Shown here one piece after another: positions 6,578-15,705 of a stretch of DNA of 40,916 nt. Source of the stretch: a virus. The stretch lies in IMG/VR virus record IMGVR_UViG_3300029516_000012, one strand, 5' to 3'. Under the pieces are notes generated by a model. It saw only the letters and a list, made by a program, of their open reading frames with translations, was not told the DNA's origin and did no database searches. Positions within the stretch are counted from its first letter, which is position 1. Every line of letters begins with the position of its first letter. The position numbers were made by a program, and so were the translations under genes.

Positions 6578-6997
6578 ATGGCTGCACGGCTGACAGACAG
6601 ACAAAAAAAGAAAATTGTGGCTGATTATCTGGAGACCGAGAGCTATAACGCCACGGCGAAAATCAATGGGGTTTCCAAAGATACCGTTAAGCGTGTTGTG
6701 TTAGGTTGCGAAGGATTCGCCCAAAAGGCGCAACAAAAAAAGAGACAAAACACGCTTGATATGCTGGCCTTCATGGAGACCCGCAAGGAGAAGATGCAGG
6801 AGGCGATCGACCTACACCTGATGGCGCTGACAGACCCGGAAAAGATAAGTGATGCCGGTTTGTCTCAAATCGCCACTTCTTTCGGGATTATCGTTGACAA
6901 GGCCACAAAGAACACAGCCAGCGGGAACGACAGTTTGAATAAACTGGACGGGCTGTTGAAGGAGTTCAGGGATGCTGTTAAGTCTGAAACAAACTGA
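6578..6997 (+). CDS. terS: Terminase small subunit (putative)
   Basis: 139 aa, immediately upstream of and overlapping terL. The N-terminal HTH-like text is YNATAKINGVSKDTVKRVV. Confidence 0.6.
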   Translation: MAARLTDRQKKKIVADYLETESYNATAKINGVSKDTVKRVVLGCEGFAQKAQQKKRQNTLDMLAFMETRKEKMQEAIDLHLMALTDPEKISDAGLSQIATSFGIIVDKATKNTASGNDSLNKLDGLLKEFRDAVKSETN

Positions 6998-8180
6998 ATT
7001 TGTCCGAAAGGGGCATCACCGCTGGAACTTTAAGGGAGGGGCTACTCGTTCGGGGAAAACATACCTTGATTTTCGGTGGATTATCCCAATCCGCATCCGG
7101 GAGCGCGTCGGGAAGGATGGGCTGACGGTCATCCTTGGAGTCACCAAGTCCACCATTGAGCGGAATGTGCTTGAGCCTATGCGAACGATCTATGGTGATG
7201 CTCTTGTTGGCACGATCTCCAGCGACAATACGGCGTGGATATTTGGGGAAAAGTGCTACTGCCTTGGAGCTGAAAAGGTTTCCCAGGTCTCGAAAATCCG
7301 CGGCGCGTCCATCAAATACTGCTACGGCGACGAGGTGGCAGACTGGAGCCAGGAAGTCTTTGAACTGCTGAAAAGCCGCCTGGATAAAGCGTATTCATGC
7401 TTTGACGGTACGTACAATCCACAGGGGCCGAATCACTGGCTGAAAGTGTTTCTGGACAGCAAAGCGGATATTTTTAGCCAGACGTACACAATTGATGATA
7501 ATCCGTTTCTCCCAGAGGCTTTTGTGGAGAACCTAAAGCGGGAGTATCGAGGAACGGTTTTTTACGACCGTTATATTTTGGGACGGTGGGCGCTGGCCGA
7601 GGGACTAATCTACCCCATGTTTGGCGAGAGCAACATCGTGGACGAGGTTCCGGAGAATGGAGAATACTATATCTCCTGCGATTATGGCACATTGAACCCG
7701 TTTTCCGCCGGGCTGTGGTGCTGGGACGGCAAAAACGCCACCAGAATCCGGGAGTATTACTATTCCGGGCGGACGGAGCAGATCAGCAAGACAGACGAGG
7801 AATACTACACGGAATTGGAGAAGCTGGCTGGGGATTTGCCGGTGCGATCCGTAGTAGTTGACCCATCGGCAGCTTCGTTTATCGAGGTCATCAGACGGCA
7901 TCGGCGGTTCCGGGTACAAAAAGCGGTCAATGATGTGGTTCCCGGCATCGTCACCACCAGCCGCTACATTCAGGACGGGACGATCAAAGTTAACCGCTCC
8001 TGCAAGGACGGTATCCGTGAGTTTGGGCTATACCGCTGGGACGATAAATCCACGGAGGACAAGCCAATCAAGGAGAACGACCACGCCATGGACGATATTC
8101 GCTATTTTGTAATGACGATTCTGCGGCACAAGGTACGTAAGGCAAGCCAGCCGCAATATATCCTGCTGTGGGGGAGGTGA
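6972..8180 (+). CDS. terL: Terminase large subunit (PBSX-type)
   Basis: Walker A GGATRSGKT near the N-terminus, C-terminal nuclease-like DHAMDDIRY, and position upstream of the portal gene. Confidence 0.9.
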   Translation: MLLSLKQTEFVRKGHHRWNFKGGATRSGKTYLDFRWIIPIRIRERVGKDGLTVILGVTKSTIERNVLEPMRTIYGDALVGTISSDNTAWIFGEKCYCLGAEKVSQVSKIRGASIKYCYGDEVADWSQEVFELLKSRLDKAYSCFDGTYNPQGPNHWLKVFLDSKADIFSQTYTIDDNPFLPEAFVENLKREYRGTVFYDRYILGRWALAEGLIYPMFGESNIVDEVPENGEYYISCDYGTLNPFSAGLWCWDGKNATRIREYYYSGRTEQISKTDEEYYTELEKLAGDLPVRSVVVDPSAASFIEVIRRHRRFRVQKAVNDVVPGIVTTSRYIQDGTIKVNRSCKDGIREFGLYRWDDKSTEDKPIKENDHAMDDIRYFVMTILRHKVRKASQPQYILLWGR

Positions 8181-8184
8181 TTTT

Positions 8185-9606
8185 TTGCTTACATATCAGG
8201 ATTTGCTTGCTGTGGGTGAGGATGAAAAAGCCAGAATGGATTTTATCTGGCGGGCGATCAATGAGCACGAAGGCAGCAAGGCATATCAAATGGCAGCTGA
8301 CGCAGAACTGTACTTTAAGGGCGAGAATCCGACTATCAACCGCTATGAGAAAATCATATATGACATGCAAGGGCGCGCCCACATGGATATGTATACGGCC
8401 AATCACAAGATCGCATCCTCCTTCTTCGGCTTTTACGTGCGGCAGGAGGTATCCTACCTGCTGGGCAACGGCGTGACCTTCCAGAACGAGGCCACAAAGG
8501 ACAAGCTGGGGAAGAAGTTCGACCTGGAAATGGTCAAGGCTGGGAAATACGCCCTGATTGCCGGCGTGTCCTTTGGGTTCTGGAACTTGGACCATGTGGA
8601 TGTGTTCAAACTGCGGGAGTTTGTCCCGTTATATGACGAGGAAAACGGCGCATTGATGGCCGGTATCCGCTTCTGGCAGGTATCTGATGACAAGCCGCTG
8701 CGGGCCACTCTGTACGAGGTGGACGGATACACGGACTATATCCGGCGAAAAGGCGAGGACATAGCGGTACTGAAAGAAAAACGGCCGTATATCTTGCGCC
8801 TGCGCACGTCCGAAGCTGACGGGACAGAAATTTACGACGGGCAGAACTATCCGTCCTTTCCTATCGTGCCGCTGAAAAACGGCGATGATGGGTTATCGGA
8901 GCTGACGGGAAAGCGGAACACGCTGGACGCCCTTGACCTTTGTACATCCAACATGGTCAACAATGTGGACGAGGGGAATTTGATCTATTGGGTGCTGACC
9001 AACTGCGGCGGCATGGATGATTTGGACGATGCGAAGTTCCTGGACAAGGTACGCACGGCGCATATAGTTCACGCTGGGGCAGATGGAGACGAGGGGGCGA
9101 CAGCGGAGCCGCACACCATTGAGGCCCCATTTAATGGCACAAACGTAACCATTGATATGCTTAAACGCAAGCTGTACGAGGATTTCCAGGCCTTCGATAG
9201 TTCGGCGGTGTCGGCGGGCAATCAGACGGCCACTGCCATTGCGGCAAGCTACACGCCGCTTGATTTGAAGGCGGATGACTTTGAGGCAAGCGTTACGGAG
9301 TTCATTCTAGGCATTTTGGAATTGGCAGGCATTAACGATTCGCCAAGCTATACGCGCAACCGCATAATCAACCGAGCGGAAGAGACGCAGACCATTCTTA
9401 TGGGCGCTGAGTATTACGACGACGAGTACATCACCAAGAAGCTGCTGACCATCAACGGCGACGCTGACCAATTCGATGCACTTATGGAACGCAAAGCAGC
9501 CGAGGAAATGGAGCGGGTAGAGACAGAACCAGACTTCCCGCCGCAGGAGGAAACCGAGGTGACGGAGGATGCCGAAGCCGGACAGGGCGCACCAGTGGAC
9601 GGATGA
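8185..9606 (+). CDS. Portal protein (SPP1 gp6-like)
   Basis: 473 aa with a TTG start after GGGGAGGTGA, directly after terL. The acidic C-terminal tail is typical of portals. Confidence 0.8.
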   Translation: MLTYQDLLAVGEDEKARMDFIWRAINEHEGSKAYQMAADAELYFKGENPTINRYEKIIYDMQGRAHMDMYTANHKIASSFFGFYVRQEVSYLLGNGVTFQNEATKDKLGKKFDLEMVKAGKYALIAGVSFGFWNLDHVDVFKLREFVPLYDEENGALMAGIRFWQVSDDKPLRATLYEVDGYTDYIRRKGEDIAVLKEKRPYILRLRTSEADGTEIYDGQNYPSFPIVPLKNGDDGLSELTGKRNTLDALDLCTSNMVNNVDEGNLIYWVLTNCGGMDDLDDAKFLDKVRTAHIVHAGADGDEGATAEPHTIEAPFNGTNVTIDMLKRKLYEDFQAFDSSAVSAGNQTATAIAASYTPLDLKADDFEASVTEFILGILELAGINDSPSYTRNRIINRAEETQTILMGAEYYDDEYITKKLLTINGDADQFDALMERKAAEEMERVETEPDFPPQEETEVTEDAEAGQGAPVDG

Positions 9607-10585
9607 AGAACTGGAAAGGCTGGAACGCCGAATTTCCCGCGTTTACCGTGAGGCGTGGGATGACCTGGAAAAGACCGTAATCGACTATTTTAACCGCTTT
9701 GTTGTGCGGGACGAGGAAATGCGGAAGCTGATCGGGACGGAGATAAATGGGAAGGTCTGGACAGAGCATGACTATGAATTGTGGCGGCTGAACCAAATAG
9801 GGCGAGGAGAACGTTTTGGCGATTTGGCCGTAAAGGTGGCAGAACGGTATACAAAAGCCAACGAGGTTGCTCTTGCCTATGTCAACGACACCACGCCGGG
9901 CATATACACCCTCAATCGAAATTATGCGGCCTACACCATCGAAAAGGTGGCCGGAAATGTGGGCTTTACTTTGTGGGATGAATCCACCGTGCGGCGGCTG
10001 ATTGTGGAAGAACCTGATCTGATGCCCTACTACCCAAAGAAAAAAGCCTTAAAGCGGGGTATTGACCTGAAATGGGGCAAGAAGCAGATTACCAAGAGCG
10101 TCACCAGCGGGCTTTTGCAGGGCAAGAGCGTGGGGAAGATAGCGAAGGACTTGCAGGCCAGGGTGACGGAGATGAACCGGGCCAGCGCCGTGAGAGCGGC
10201 CAGGACAGCGGTTACTGGGGCGCAGAACGGTGGGAGGATGGACAGTTACAAGGCTGCCTCTGATATGGGCATTAAGGTTAGAAAACGGTGGGTAGCCACC
10301 AAAGACGGGCGCACGCGGCATGCCCATCAAAAATTGGACGGCCAGACTGTGGAATGGGACGAGCCGTTTACCTCTGACCTAGGAAAGATACGCTATCCCG
10401 GAGACCCAAGAGCCAAGCCTGCAAACGTCTATAACTGCCGTTGCACCATGCGGACAGTAGAAAAGCCGGACATTGAGGCTGAACCGCGAAAAATGCGTGT
10501 GCGTGACCCGAAAACCGGGCGGAATGTGGTAGTGGAGGCAATGACCTATGAGCAATGGGAGAGGTGGGTGAAAAGCCGTGGCTGA
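9569..10585 (+). CDS. Minor head protein, Mu F-like / SPP1 gp7-like
   Basis: VATKDGRTRHAHQKLDGQTVEWDEPF ... YPGDP ... NCRCTM is the Phage_Mu_F signature. Confidence 0.85.
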   Translation: MPKPDRAHQWTDEELERLERRISRVYREAWDDLEKTVIDYFNRFVVRDEEMRKLIGTEINGKVWTEHDYELWRLNQIGRGERFGDLAVKVAERYTKANEVALAYVNDTTPGIYTLNRNYAAYTIEKVAGNVGFTLWDESTVRRLIVEEPDLMPYYPKKKALKRGIDLKWGKKQITKSVTSGLLQGKSVGKIAKDLQARVTEMNRASAVRAARTAVTGAQNGGRMDSYKAASDMGIKVRKRWVATKDGRTRHAHQKLDGQTVEWDEPFTSDLGKIRYPGDPRAKPANVYNCRCTMRTVEKPDIEAEPRKMRVRDPKTGRNVVVEAMTYEQWERWVKSRG

Positions 10586-10988
10586 TTTGGGCGGCGTGGT
10601 ATTTGACGATTACAGCGCCGATGTGCTGGATGCCATGCATGACGCCGTTGTACAGGCACTGGAGCGGTGCGGAGAACAGGCGGAAGGGTATGCCAAAGAC
10701 TTGACTCCTGTTGACACTGGCAACCTCCGTAACAGCATCACCCATCAAGTGGACGATGGTGAAAGCACCGTTTACATCGGAACCAATGTGGAGTATGCGC
10801 CCTATGTGGAACTGGGCACAGGCAGATATACAGAAGGAGGACGGCCCACGCCATGGACCTACCAGGACGACGAAGGCAACTGGCACTGGACGGCGGGAAA
10901 TCCAGCACAGCCTTTTCTCAAACCAGCGGTGGCCGACCATGCGCAAACTTACAGGAACATCATAGAGGATGAGATAAAAAATGGATGA
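10578..10988 (+). CDS. HK97 gp10-family protein
   Basis: LTPVDTGNLRNSITHQV ... VYIGTNVEYAPYVELGTG is the characteristic gp10-family text. GTG start. Confidence 0.7.
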   Translation: MADLGGVVFDDYSADVLDAMHDAVVQALERCGEQAEGYAKDLTPVDTGNLRNSITHQVDDGESTVYIGTNVEYAPYVELGTGRYTEGGRPTPWTYQDDEGNWHWTAGNPAQPFLKPAVADHAQTYRNIIEDEIKNG

Positions 10989-11127
10989 AAGGCAAATCAA
11001 AGCCATTGAGGCCGTTCTCGCAAAAGGGGACAGAATAGAGTTGATTCCCGTGAAAGATGGTGTTAAAATTATACATGTCAAGCGGGAAGAGCTGAAACAG
11101 AATATTGCTCCCGCCTCTAAGCGTTGA
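10981..11127 (+). CDS. Small hypothetical protein (48 aa)
   Basis: Below the track length cutoff. The ATG overlaps the upstream stop (ATGGATGA), and the translation is MDERQIKAIEAVLAKGDRIELIPVKDGVKIIHVKREELKQNIAPASKR. The SD is weak. Confidence 0.35.
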   Translation: MDERQIKAIEAVLAKGDRIELIPVKDGVKIIHVKREELKQNIAPASKR

Positions 11128-11141
11128 GGCGGAAGGCCCGA

Positions 11142-11192
11142 GCGTGGGTGACTGACTACAAATCGTAGTTGGTTGCCCGCGCTTTTTCTTTT
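11142..11192 (+). terminator. Rho-independent terminator inside the head module
   Basis: An 18-bp stem (11142-11159 / 11165-11182) whose several G-T wobbles are valid only in + sense, a 5-nt loop, then TTTTTCTTTT (11183-11192). Confidence 0.65.
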
Positions 11193-11271
11193 GGTAAACA
11201 CCGCAAAGGACAGCGGTTTTTATATCACAGTCGCCCCCAAGGGAACGGGGCCGAAGAAAAGGAGACTGATT

Positions 11272-11886
11272 ATGGCACTGACCAGACGAGCCCTCAAAGC
11301 TATGGGCATTGAGGACGAGAAGATCGACGAGATCATCAACATGCACACCGAAACCGTGGACGGCCTGAAAGCCGACGTGGCGAAATACAAGGCCGATGCG
11401 GAAACCCTGCCCGGTATCCAGAAGCAGTTGGAGAAGGCGCAGGCCGACCTTGAGGCTGGAAAGAAGGACAGCTATAAGGTCAAGTACGAGGCCCTGAAAG
11501 AAGAATTTGAGGGCTACAAGAGCGAACAGACCAAGAAGGAGGCCCGCAGCGCCAAGGAAAAGGCGTACCGGGAGCTTCTGAAACAGGCTGGAGTGAGCGA
11601 GAAGCGGCTTGACGCCGTGCTCCGGGTGTCCGATGTGGACAGTGTGGAGCTGGACGAAAAGGGCACAATCAAGGACGCAGATAAGCTCACGGAGAGTATA
11701 AAGAGCGAGTGGGCGGATTTTATCGGCACCACCTCCATCCAGGGCGCACAAACTGCCACACCTCCGGCCAGCACCGGCGGGAACGGCATGACGAAGGCTG
11801 ACATCTACAAAAAGGATGACCATGGCCGGTATGTCATGTCTGCCGCGGAGCGCCAGAAGGCGCTTATGGAAAACCAAATTACATGA
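11272..11886 (+). CDS. Scaffolding protein
   Basis: ATG at 11272 follows AAAAGGAGA. The protein is charged and coiled-coil-rich (KADVAKYKADAETLPGIQKQLEKAQADLEAGKK...) and sits immediately upstream of the major capsid gene. Confidence 0.8.
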   Translation: MALTRRALKAMGIEDEKIDEIINMHTETVDGLKADVAKYKADAETLPGIQKQLEKAQADLEAGKKDSYKVKYEALKEEFEGYKSEQTKKEARSAKEKAYRELLKQAGVSEKRLDAVLRVSDVDSVELDEKGTIKDADKLTESIKSEWADFIGTTSIQGAQTATPPASTGGNGMTKADIYKKDDHGRYVMSAAERQKALMENQIT

Positions 11887-11900
11887 AAGGACTGAATTAA

Positions 11901-12830
11901 ATGGCTGCTACGAAAGTTGAAAGCCTTACCAATCCGAGGGACTCTCTGCCCAACACTTATACCAGCGTGACGGCCCGCGAGGTGGATTTTGTCACCCGAT
12001 TCAATGATAACTGGGAAGCGCTGCGCACCATCCTGGGCATCATGCGTCCTATCCGCAAGACCCCCGGCACGCAGCTGATCTCTTATACCGCTGACGTAAC
12101 CCTGGAGGACGGCGACGTGGGCGCTGGCGAGGTCATCCCGTACAGCAAGGCGACCATCACACAGGCCACCAAGGCAGACCTGACCATCAAGAAGTATGCC
12201 AAGGCCGTTCCCATCGAGGACGTGGACAAGTATGGCGCGGAGATCGCCGTGGAAAAGAGCGACGACGCTTTTCTCACTAAGCTCCAGAACGTGGTGTTGG
12301 GGGACTTCTACACCTTCCTGAACACCGGTTCTCTCACCGGCACCGCAACCACCTGGCAGGCCGCCCTTGCAAAGGCCCAGGGCGAGGTTCTGAACAAGTT
12401 TGCGGTTATGGCGAAGGATGTCACATCTGTTGTTGGATTTGCCAACATCCTGGACGCCTATGACTACCTGGGCACGGCGGACATTACTGTCCAGACCCAG
12501 TTCGGCATCAACTATGTCAAGGACTTTATGGGGTATTCCACTCTGTTCCTGCTTCCTGCTACTGTTTCCGGCAATGCAGCCATTGCGCGGAACACTGTGA
12601 TCGCCACCCCTGTGGAGAATATCGACCTGTATTATGCCGACCCTGGCGACAGCGAGTTTGCCCGGCTTGGTCTGAATTATACGGTACAGGGCGAGACCAA
12701 CCTGATTGGCTTCCACGCCCAGGGCAACTACTCCACCGCCGTGGGCGAGACCTACGCCATTATGGGCATGAAGCTGTGGGCCGAGTATCTGGACGGTATT
12801 GCCAAAATCACCGTTTCAGCGGGGGAATAA
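11901..12830 (+). CDS. Major capsid protein
   Basis: 309 aa directly after the scaffold gene and followed by a stable stem (CCCCCG/CGGGGG, 12833-12865). Size and position fit an HK97-fold major capsid protein. Confidence 0.8.
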   Translation: MAATKVESLTNPRDSLPNTYTSVTAREVDFVTRFNDNWEALRTILGIMRPIRKTPGTQLISYTADVTLEDGDVGAGEVIPYSKATITQATKADLTIKKYAKAVPIEDVDKYGAEIAVEKSDDAFLTKLQNVVLGDFYTFLNTGSLTGTATTWQAALAKAQGEVLNKFAVMAKDVTSVVGFANILDAYDYLGTADITVQTQFGINYVKDFMGYSTLFLLPATVSGNAAIARNTVIATPVENIDLYYADPGDSEFARLGLNYTVQGETNLIGFHAQGNYSTAVGETYAIMGMKLWAEYLDGIAKITVSAGE

Positions 12831-12906
12831 CGCCCCCGTCCGAAACCGGCCTCGTCGGGTCGGGGGTAGCCGGTAAGGCAAGAGTAGGCAGAAAGCAGGT
12901 GAAATA

Positions 12907-13278
12907 ATGGCGTACACACCCACTACATGGAGCGACGGCGATCTGATTACCGCCGAAAAGCTCAACAAGTTGGAATCTGGCGTGCAGAATGAGCAGGTCG
13001 GACCGCAGGGCCCCAAAGGGGAAACCGGAGCGCAGGGGCCCCAGGGAGAAAAAGGAGACCCCGGTGAAACGGGACCTCGGGGTCCGAAAGGCGATACTGG
13101 CACCGCCGGCGCAAAGGGCGACAAGGGAGACACCGGAGCGGCGGGCGCTGCTGGTGCCGACGGAAAATCTGTTAAGGCCATTGCACTGACCACAACGGGC
13201 GGCGCAGTGACCGGCGGCACCTGTACGCTCAGCGACGACAGTACCATTCAGATTACCGTGACAACCACAGAAGCATAA
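12907..13278 (+). CDS. Collagen-like triple-helix repeat protein (candidate head fibre or decoration protein)
   Basis: 18 uninterrupted G-X-Y triplets (GPQGPKGETGAQGPQGEKGDPGETGPRGPKGDTGTAGAKGDKGDTGAAGAAGAD), flanked by an N-terminal TWSDGDLITAEKLNKLE motif and a small Thr-rich C-terminal domain. Confidence 0.85.
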   Translation: MAYTPTTWSDGDLITAEKLNKLESGVQNEQVGPQGPKGETGAQGPQGEKGDPGETGPRGPKGDTGTAGAKGDKGDTGAAGAAGADGKSVKAIALTTTGGAVTGGTCTLSDDSTIQITVTTTEA

Positions 13279-13290
13279 AAGGAGGGCGGC

Positions 13291-13716
13291 GTGATGCTGG
13301 AACAAGTTTTGCGACACCTGAACAACTGGTTTTTGGTGCCTGACGGCATTCACTCCGGGGAGTTCACAGTGCAGGACGGCAGCATTACGCTGCCCTTCCT
13401 GCAAACAGGGCAGTATTTCAGGGTGATGGGGTCTGTCTTTAATGACGGCCTCCACCAATACCCAGAACAGGACATGACCGACGAAACCTTTGACGGCGCT
13501 GTTTGGGCGCTGTCAGTGCCCAAATCGGTAATTTCCCTAGCGGATGAAATCACCGTCTGGAATGAGAAAAACGGGACTCCGGGGCCGTATACCAGCGAGA
13601 GTTTTGGTGGCTACTCATACAGCAAGGCCACCAATGCAAGCGGCGTGGCCGTGGGGTGGCAGGATGTGTTTAAGAGCCGCCTGAACACATGGCGGCGGAT
13701 AGGGGGCATTATATGA
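13291..13716 (+). CDS. Head-tail connector protein (assigned by position)
   Basis: 141-aa ORF between the capsid genes and the head-closure gene. No diagnostic motif was read. Confidence 0.5.
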   Translation: MMLEQVLRHLNNWFLVPDGIHSGEFTVQDGSITLPFLQTGQYFRVMGSVFNDGLHQYPEQDMTDETFDGAVWALSVPKSVISLADEITVWNEKNGTPGPYTSESFGGYSYSKATNASGVAVGWQDVFKSRLNTWRRIGGII

Positions 13717-14063
13717 GCCTATTAGACGATTTTGCGCGGGCTTGCGTACTGATGGAAAAGAAGCGTGTTTCCGACGGCGCGGGCGGCTACATCGTGGAGT
13801 GGACGGAGGGGGCAGAGTTCACCAACTATCAAGACCTAAACAGCTCCATGGAGGCCAGACGGGCGGAAAAGGAGGGCGTGACGAGCCTGTATTCCGCCCT
13901 GGTGGACAAGGCTGTACCCATTGAGTACAACGACGTATTCAAGGACAAGACCACCGGGGAGACGTACCGCGTGACCTCCAACCCAGAGGATAAGAAGGCC
14001 CCTCGTTCCTCCACGCTGCCGCTAAAATACTTCACTGCGGAGAGGTGGGCTTTGACCACATGA
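13713..14063 (+). CDS. Head closure / head-tail adaptor protein (SPP1 gp16-like)
   Basis: ATG at 13713 within track ORF 13689-14063. The text ...DGAGGYIVEWTEGAEF...TGETYRVTS... resembles head-tail joining proteins. Confidence 0.55.
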   Translation: MSLLDDFARACVLMEKKRVSDGAGGYIVEWTEGAEFTNYQDLNSSMEARRAEKEGVTSLYSALVDKAVPIEYNDVFKDKTTGETYRVTSNPEDKKAPRSSTLPLKYFTAERWALTT

Positions 14064-14386
14064 TTGTGAACATTCTTGGAACAAAATACAGCGTTTCTTT
14101 TGTTTCGGAAGAGAAAGAACCCCGATTAAAAGATTGTGATGGCTTTTACGATGAAACCACAAAAGAAATTGTGGTGGAGAATTACAAGCGTGGAGAGCCG
14201 GGAAGCAAGGGCAAGTTGGAATTGCAAGAACAAAAAAATATCCGCCATGAAATCGTCCACGCTTTCTTGTTTGAGAGCGGATTGGCTGAAAACAGCGATT
14301 GGGCGCAGAACGAGGAAATGGTGGATTGGATTGCAAAACAGGGTCCAAAGCTGATGAAAACATGGCAGGAGGCCGGAGCTCTATGA
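14060..14386 (+). CDS. Small HExxH-motif protein (putative zinc metallopeptidase-like) inside the head-tail joining module
   Basis: IRHEIVHAFLFESGL contains HEIVH. The ATG at 14060 overlaps the upstream stop (ATGA). 108 aa. Confidence 0.55.
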   Translation: MIVNILGTKYSVSFVSEEKEPRLKDCDGFYDETTKEIVVENYKRGEPGSKGKLELQEQKNIRHEIVHAFLFESGLAENSDWAQNEEMVDWIAKQGPKLMKTWQEAGAL

Positions 14387-14751
14387 CCAAAAACAAAGCT
14401 CTCTACGCCTGGCTTAACGAATTCATGCCCTTCTACCGGGCGTCCTCTGTGCAGAAAGATGTGGTTATGCCCTATGGCACCTACGAATATACCGACGGAG
14501 CCTTTGACGCCGGGGAAATCGGCCTGACGGTCAATCTGTGGTTTAGGACAGAGAGCGAGGCAATCCCAGACGAAAAGGCGCAGGAATTGTCCAAGCGCAT
14601 TGGTTACGGCGGCGTGTACATCCCCTGTGATGAAGGATATATTTGGCTGAAACGGGGCTCTCCATGGTGCCAGAGCCTCACATATGAGGAAGATCCCGCA
14701 ATTAAACGAAGATACATAAATATTACTGCTGAATATCTGACATTCAGCTAG
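14383..14751 (+). CDS. Tail completion / tail terminator-like protein (assigned by position)
   Basis: ATG at 14383 overlaps the upstream stop. 122 aa, immediately upstream of the tail tube gene. Confidence 0.5.
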   Translation: MTKNKALYAWLNEFMPFYRASSVQKDVVMPYGTYEYTDGAFDAGEIGLTVNLWFRTESEAIPDEKAQELSKRIGYGGVYIPCDEGYIWLKRGSPWCQSLTYEEDPAIKRRYINITAEYLTFS

Positions 14752-14764
14752 AAAGGAGGCCCAC

Positions 14765-15337
14765 ATGGGCAAATTTACTGTAATCCCGCAAAGCACATTC
14801 GAGGAAATGCAGCTTGACGCGGGCGTGATTTTGAAGAAGTTCACCCCAGCGACACCGACGGCTCCGGCAGATGAAGATATTGTATGCCCGACCACCGGCG
14901 GCATCAATATTTCCTGTGTTCCTACTTACTCCGACTTGGGGGAGGATGTGGACAATTGCCCGGTCAACACCAAAGAATTGAAGCATCTGGACGGTTGGGA
15001 GTGCAAAGTGTCGTTCACCTCCCTGGGTACATCCACGGCTAGTATCAAGCTGGCCCTGGGCGCGGCTGACGTGACTGGAAATAAGATCGTGCCCCGGCGT
15101 GACCTGAAGCAGACGGACTTTTCCGACCTCTGGTGGGTAGGAGACCGAGCGGACGGCGGCATGGTTGCCGTGTGCCTGAAAAATGCACTGTCTACCGGCG
15201 GCTTTACGCTCCAGACCACGAAGAACGGCAAGGGGCAGGTCTCTGTGGAGCTGACCGGCCATGTGTCCATTGACGCGCAGGACACTATGCCCATGGAGTT
15301 TTACAGCGCCGCGCCTGCCGGGGAGGAAAGTATCTGA
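14765..15337 (+). CDS. Major tail (tube) protein
   Basis: 190 aa, directly upstream of the chaperone pair and tape measure. The order matches the canonical siphovirus arrangement. Confidence 0.7.
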   Translation: MGKFTVIPQSTFEEMQLDAGVILKKFTPATPTAPADEDIVCPTTGGINISCVPTYSDLGEDVDNCPVNTKELKHLDGWECKVSFTSLGTSTASIKLALGAADVTGNKIVPRRDLKQTDFSDLWWVGDRADGGMVAVCLKNALSTGGFTLQTTKNGKGQVSVELTGHVSIDAQDTMPMEFYSAAPAGEESI

Positions 15338-15705
15338 TGAAACTGTCTGAACTGAGCACCGAGCGGGCAGCGGACGTGCTGTGCGAGGTTACGCCCTATA
15401 TTGCCAATATCACCGGAGACAAGGCCCTCCTGGATGAGCTTGCAATCAAGTTTGACAGCAAGGGGAAAAGCGTTGCGGAGCTTTACACCTTCTCGGCCCA
15501 TAAATACGCTCAGCTTGTCCCAATTCTGCTGAAAGACCACCGGGCGGACGTGTTCGGTGTATTGGCGGCGCTGAACGAAACTACAGCGGAGCAGATTGGA
15601 AAACAGAAGGTCATGGAGACCATCAAGCAGGTTGGTGAGCTGTTCCGAGACAAGGAGTTGCTGGATTTTTTCAAATCGTTTGGGCGGGAGGAAAAGAGCG
15701 AGTAA
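15337..15705 (+). CDS. Tail assembly chaperone (gpG-like)
   Basis: 122-aa acidic protein between the tail tube and tape measure genes. It contains a slippery heptamer near its 3' end. Confidence 0.7.
   Translation: MKLSELSTERAADVLCEVTPYIANITGDKALLDELAIKFDSKGKSVAELYTFSAHKYAQLVPILLKDHRADVFGVLAALNETTAEQIGKQKVMETIKQVGELFRDKELLDFFKSFGREEKSE

Noticed and set aside
6257-6604. ORFs 6257-6493 + and 6419-6604 - between the antirepressor and terS genes
   Set aside because: They have no SD and give junk-like translations spanning the tandem repeats and the hairpin. The region is better explained as regulatory or packaging DNA.
10368-13458. Very long antisense ORFs (10368-11201 -, 10960-11877 -, 11805-12716 -, 12808-13458 -). 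Also 27268-28281 -, 14182-14907 - and 20702-21478 -.
   Set aside because: These are shadow frames opposite well-supported GC-rich structural genes. Their translations are low-complexity, and they lack SDs and any gene-order logic.
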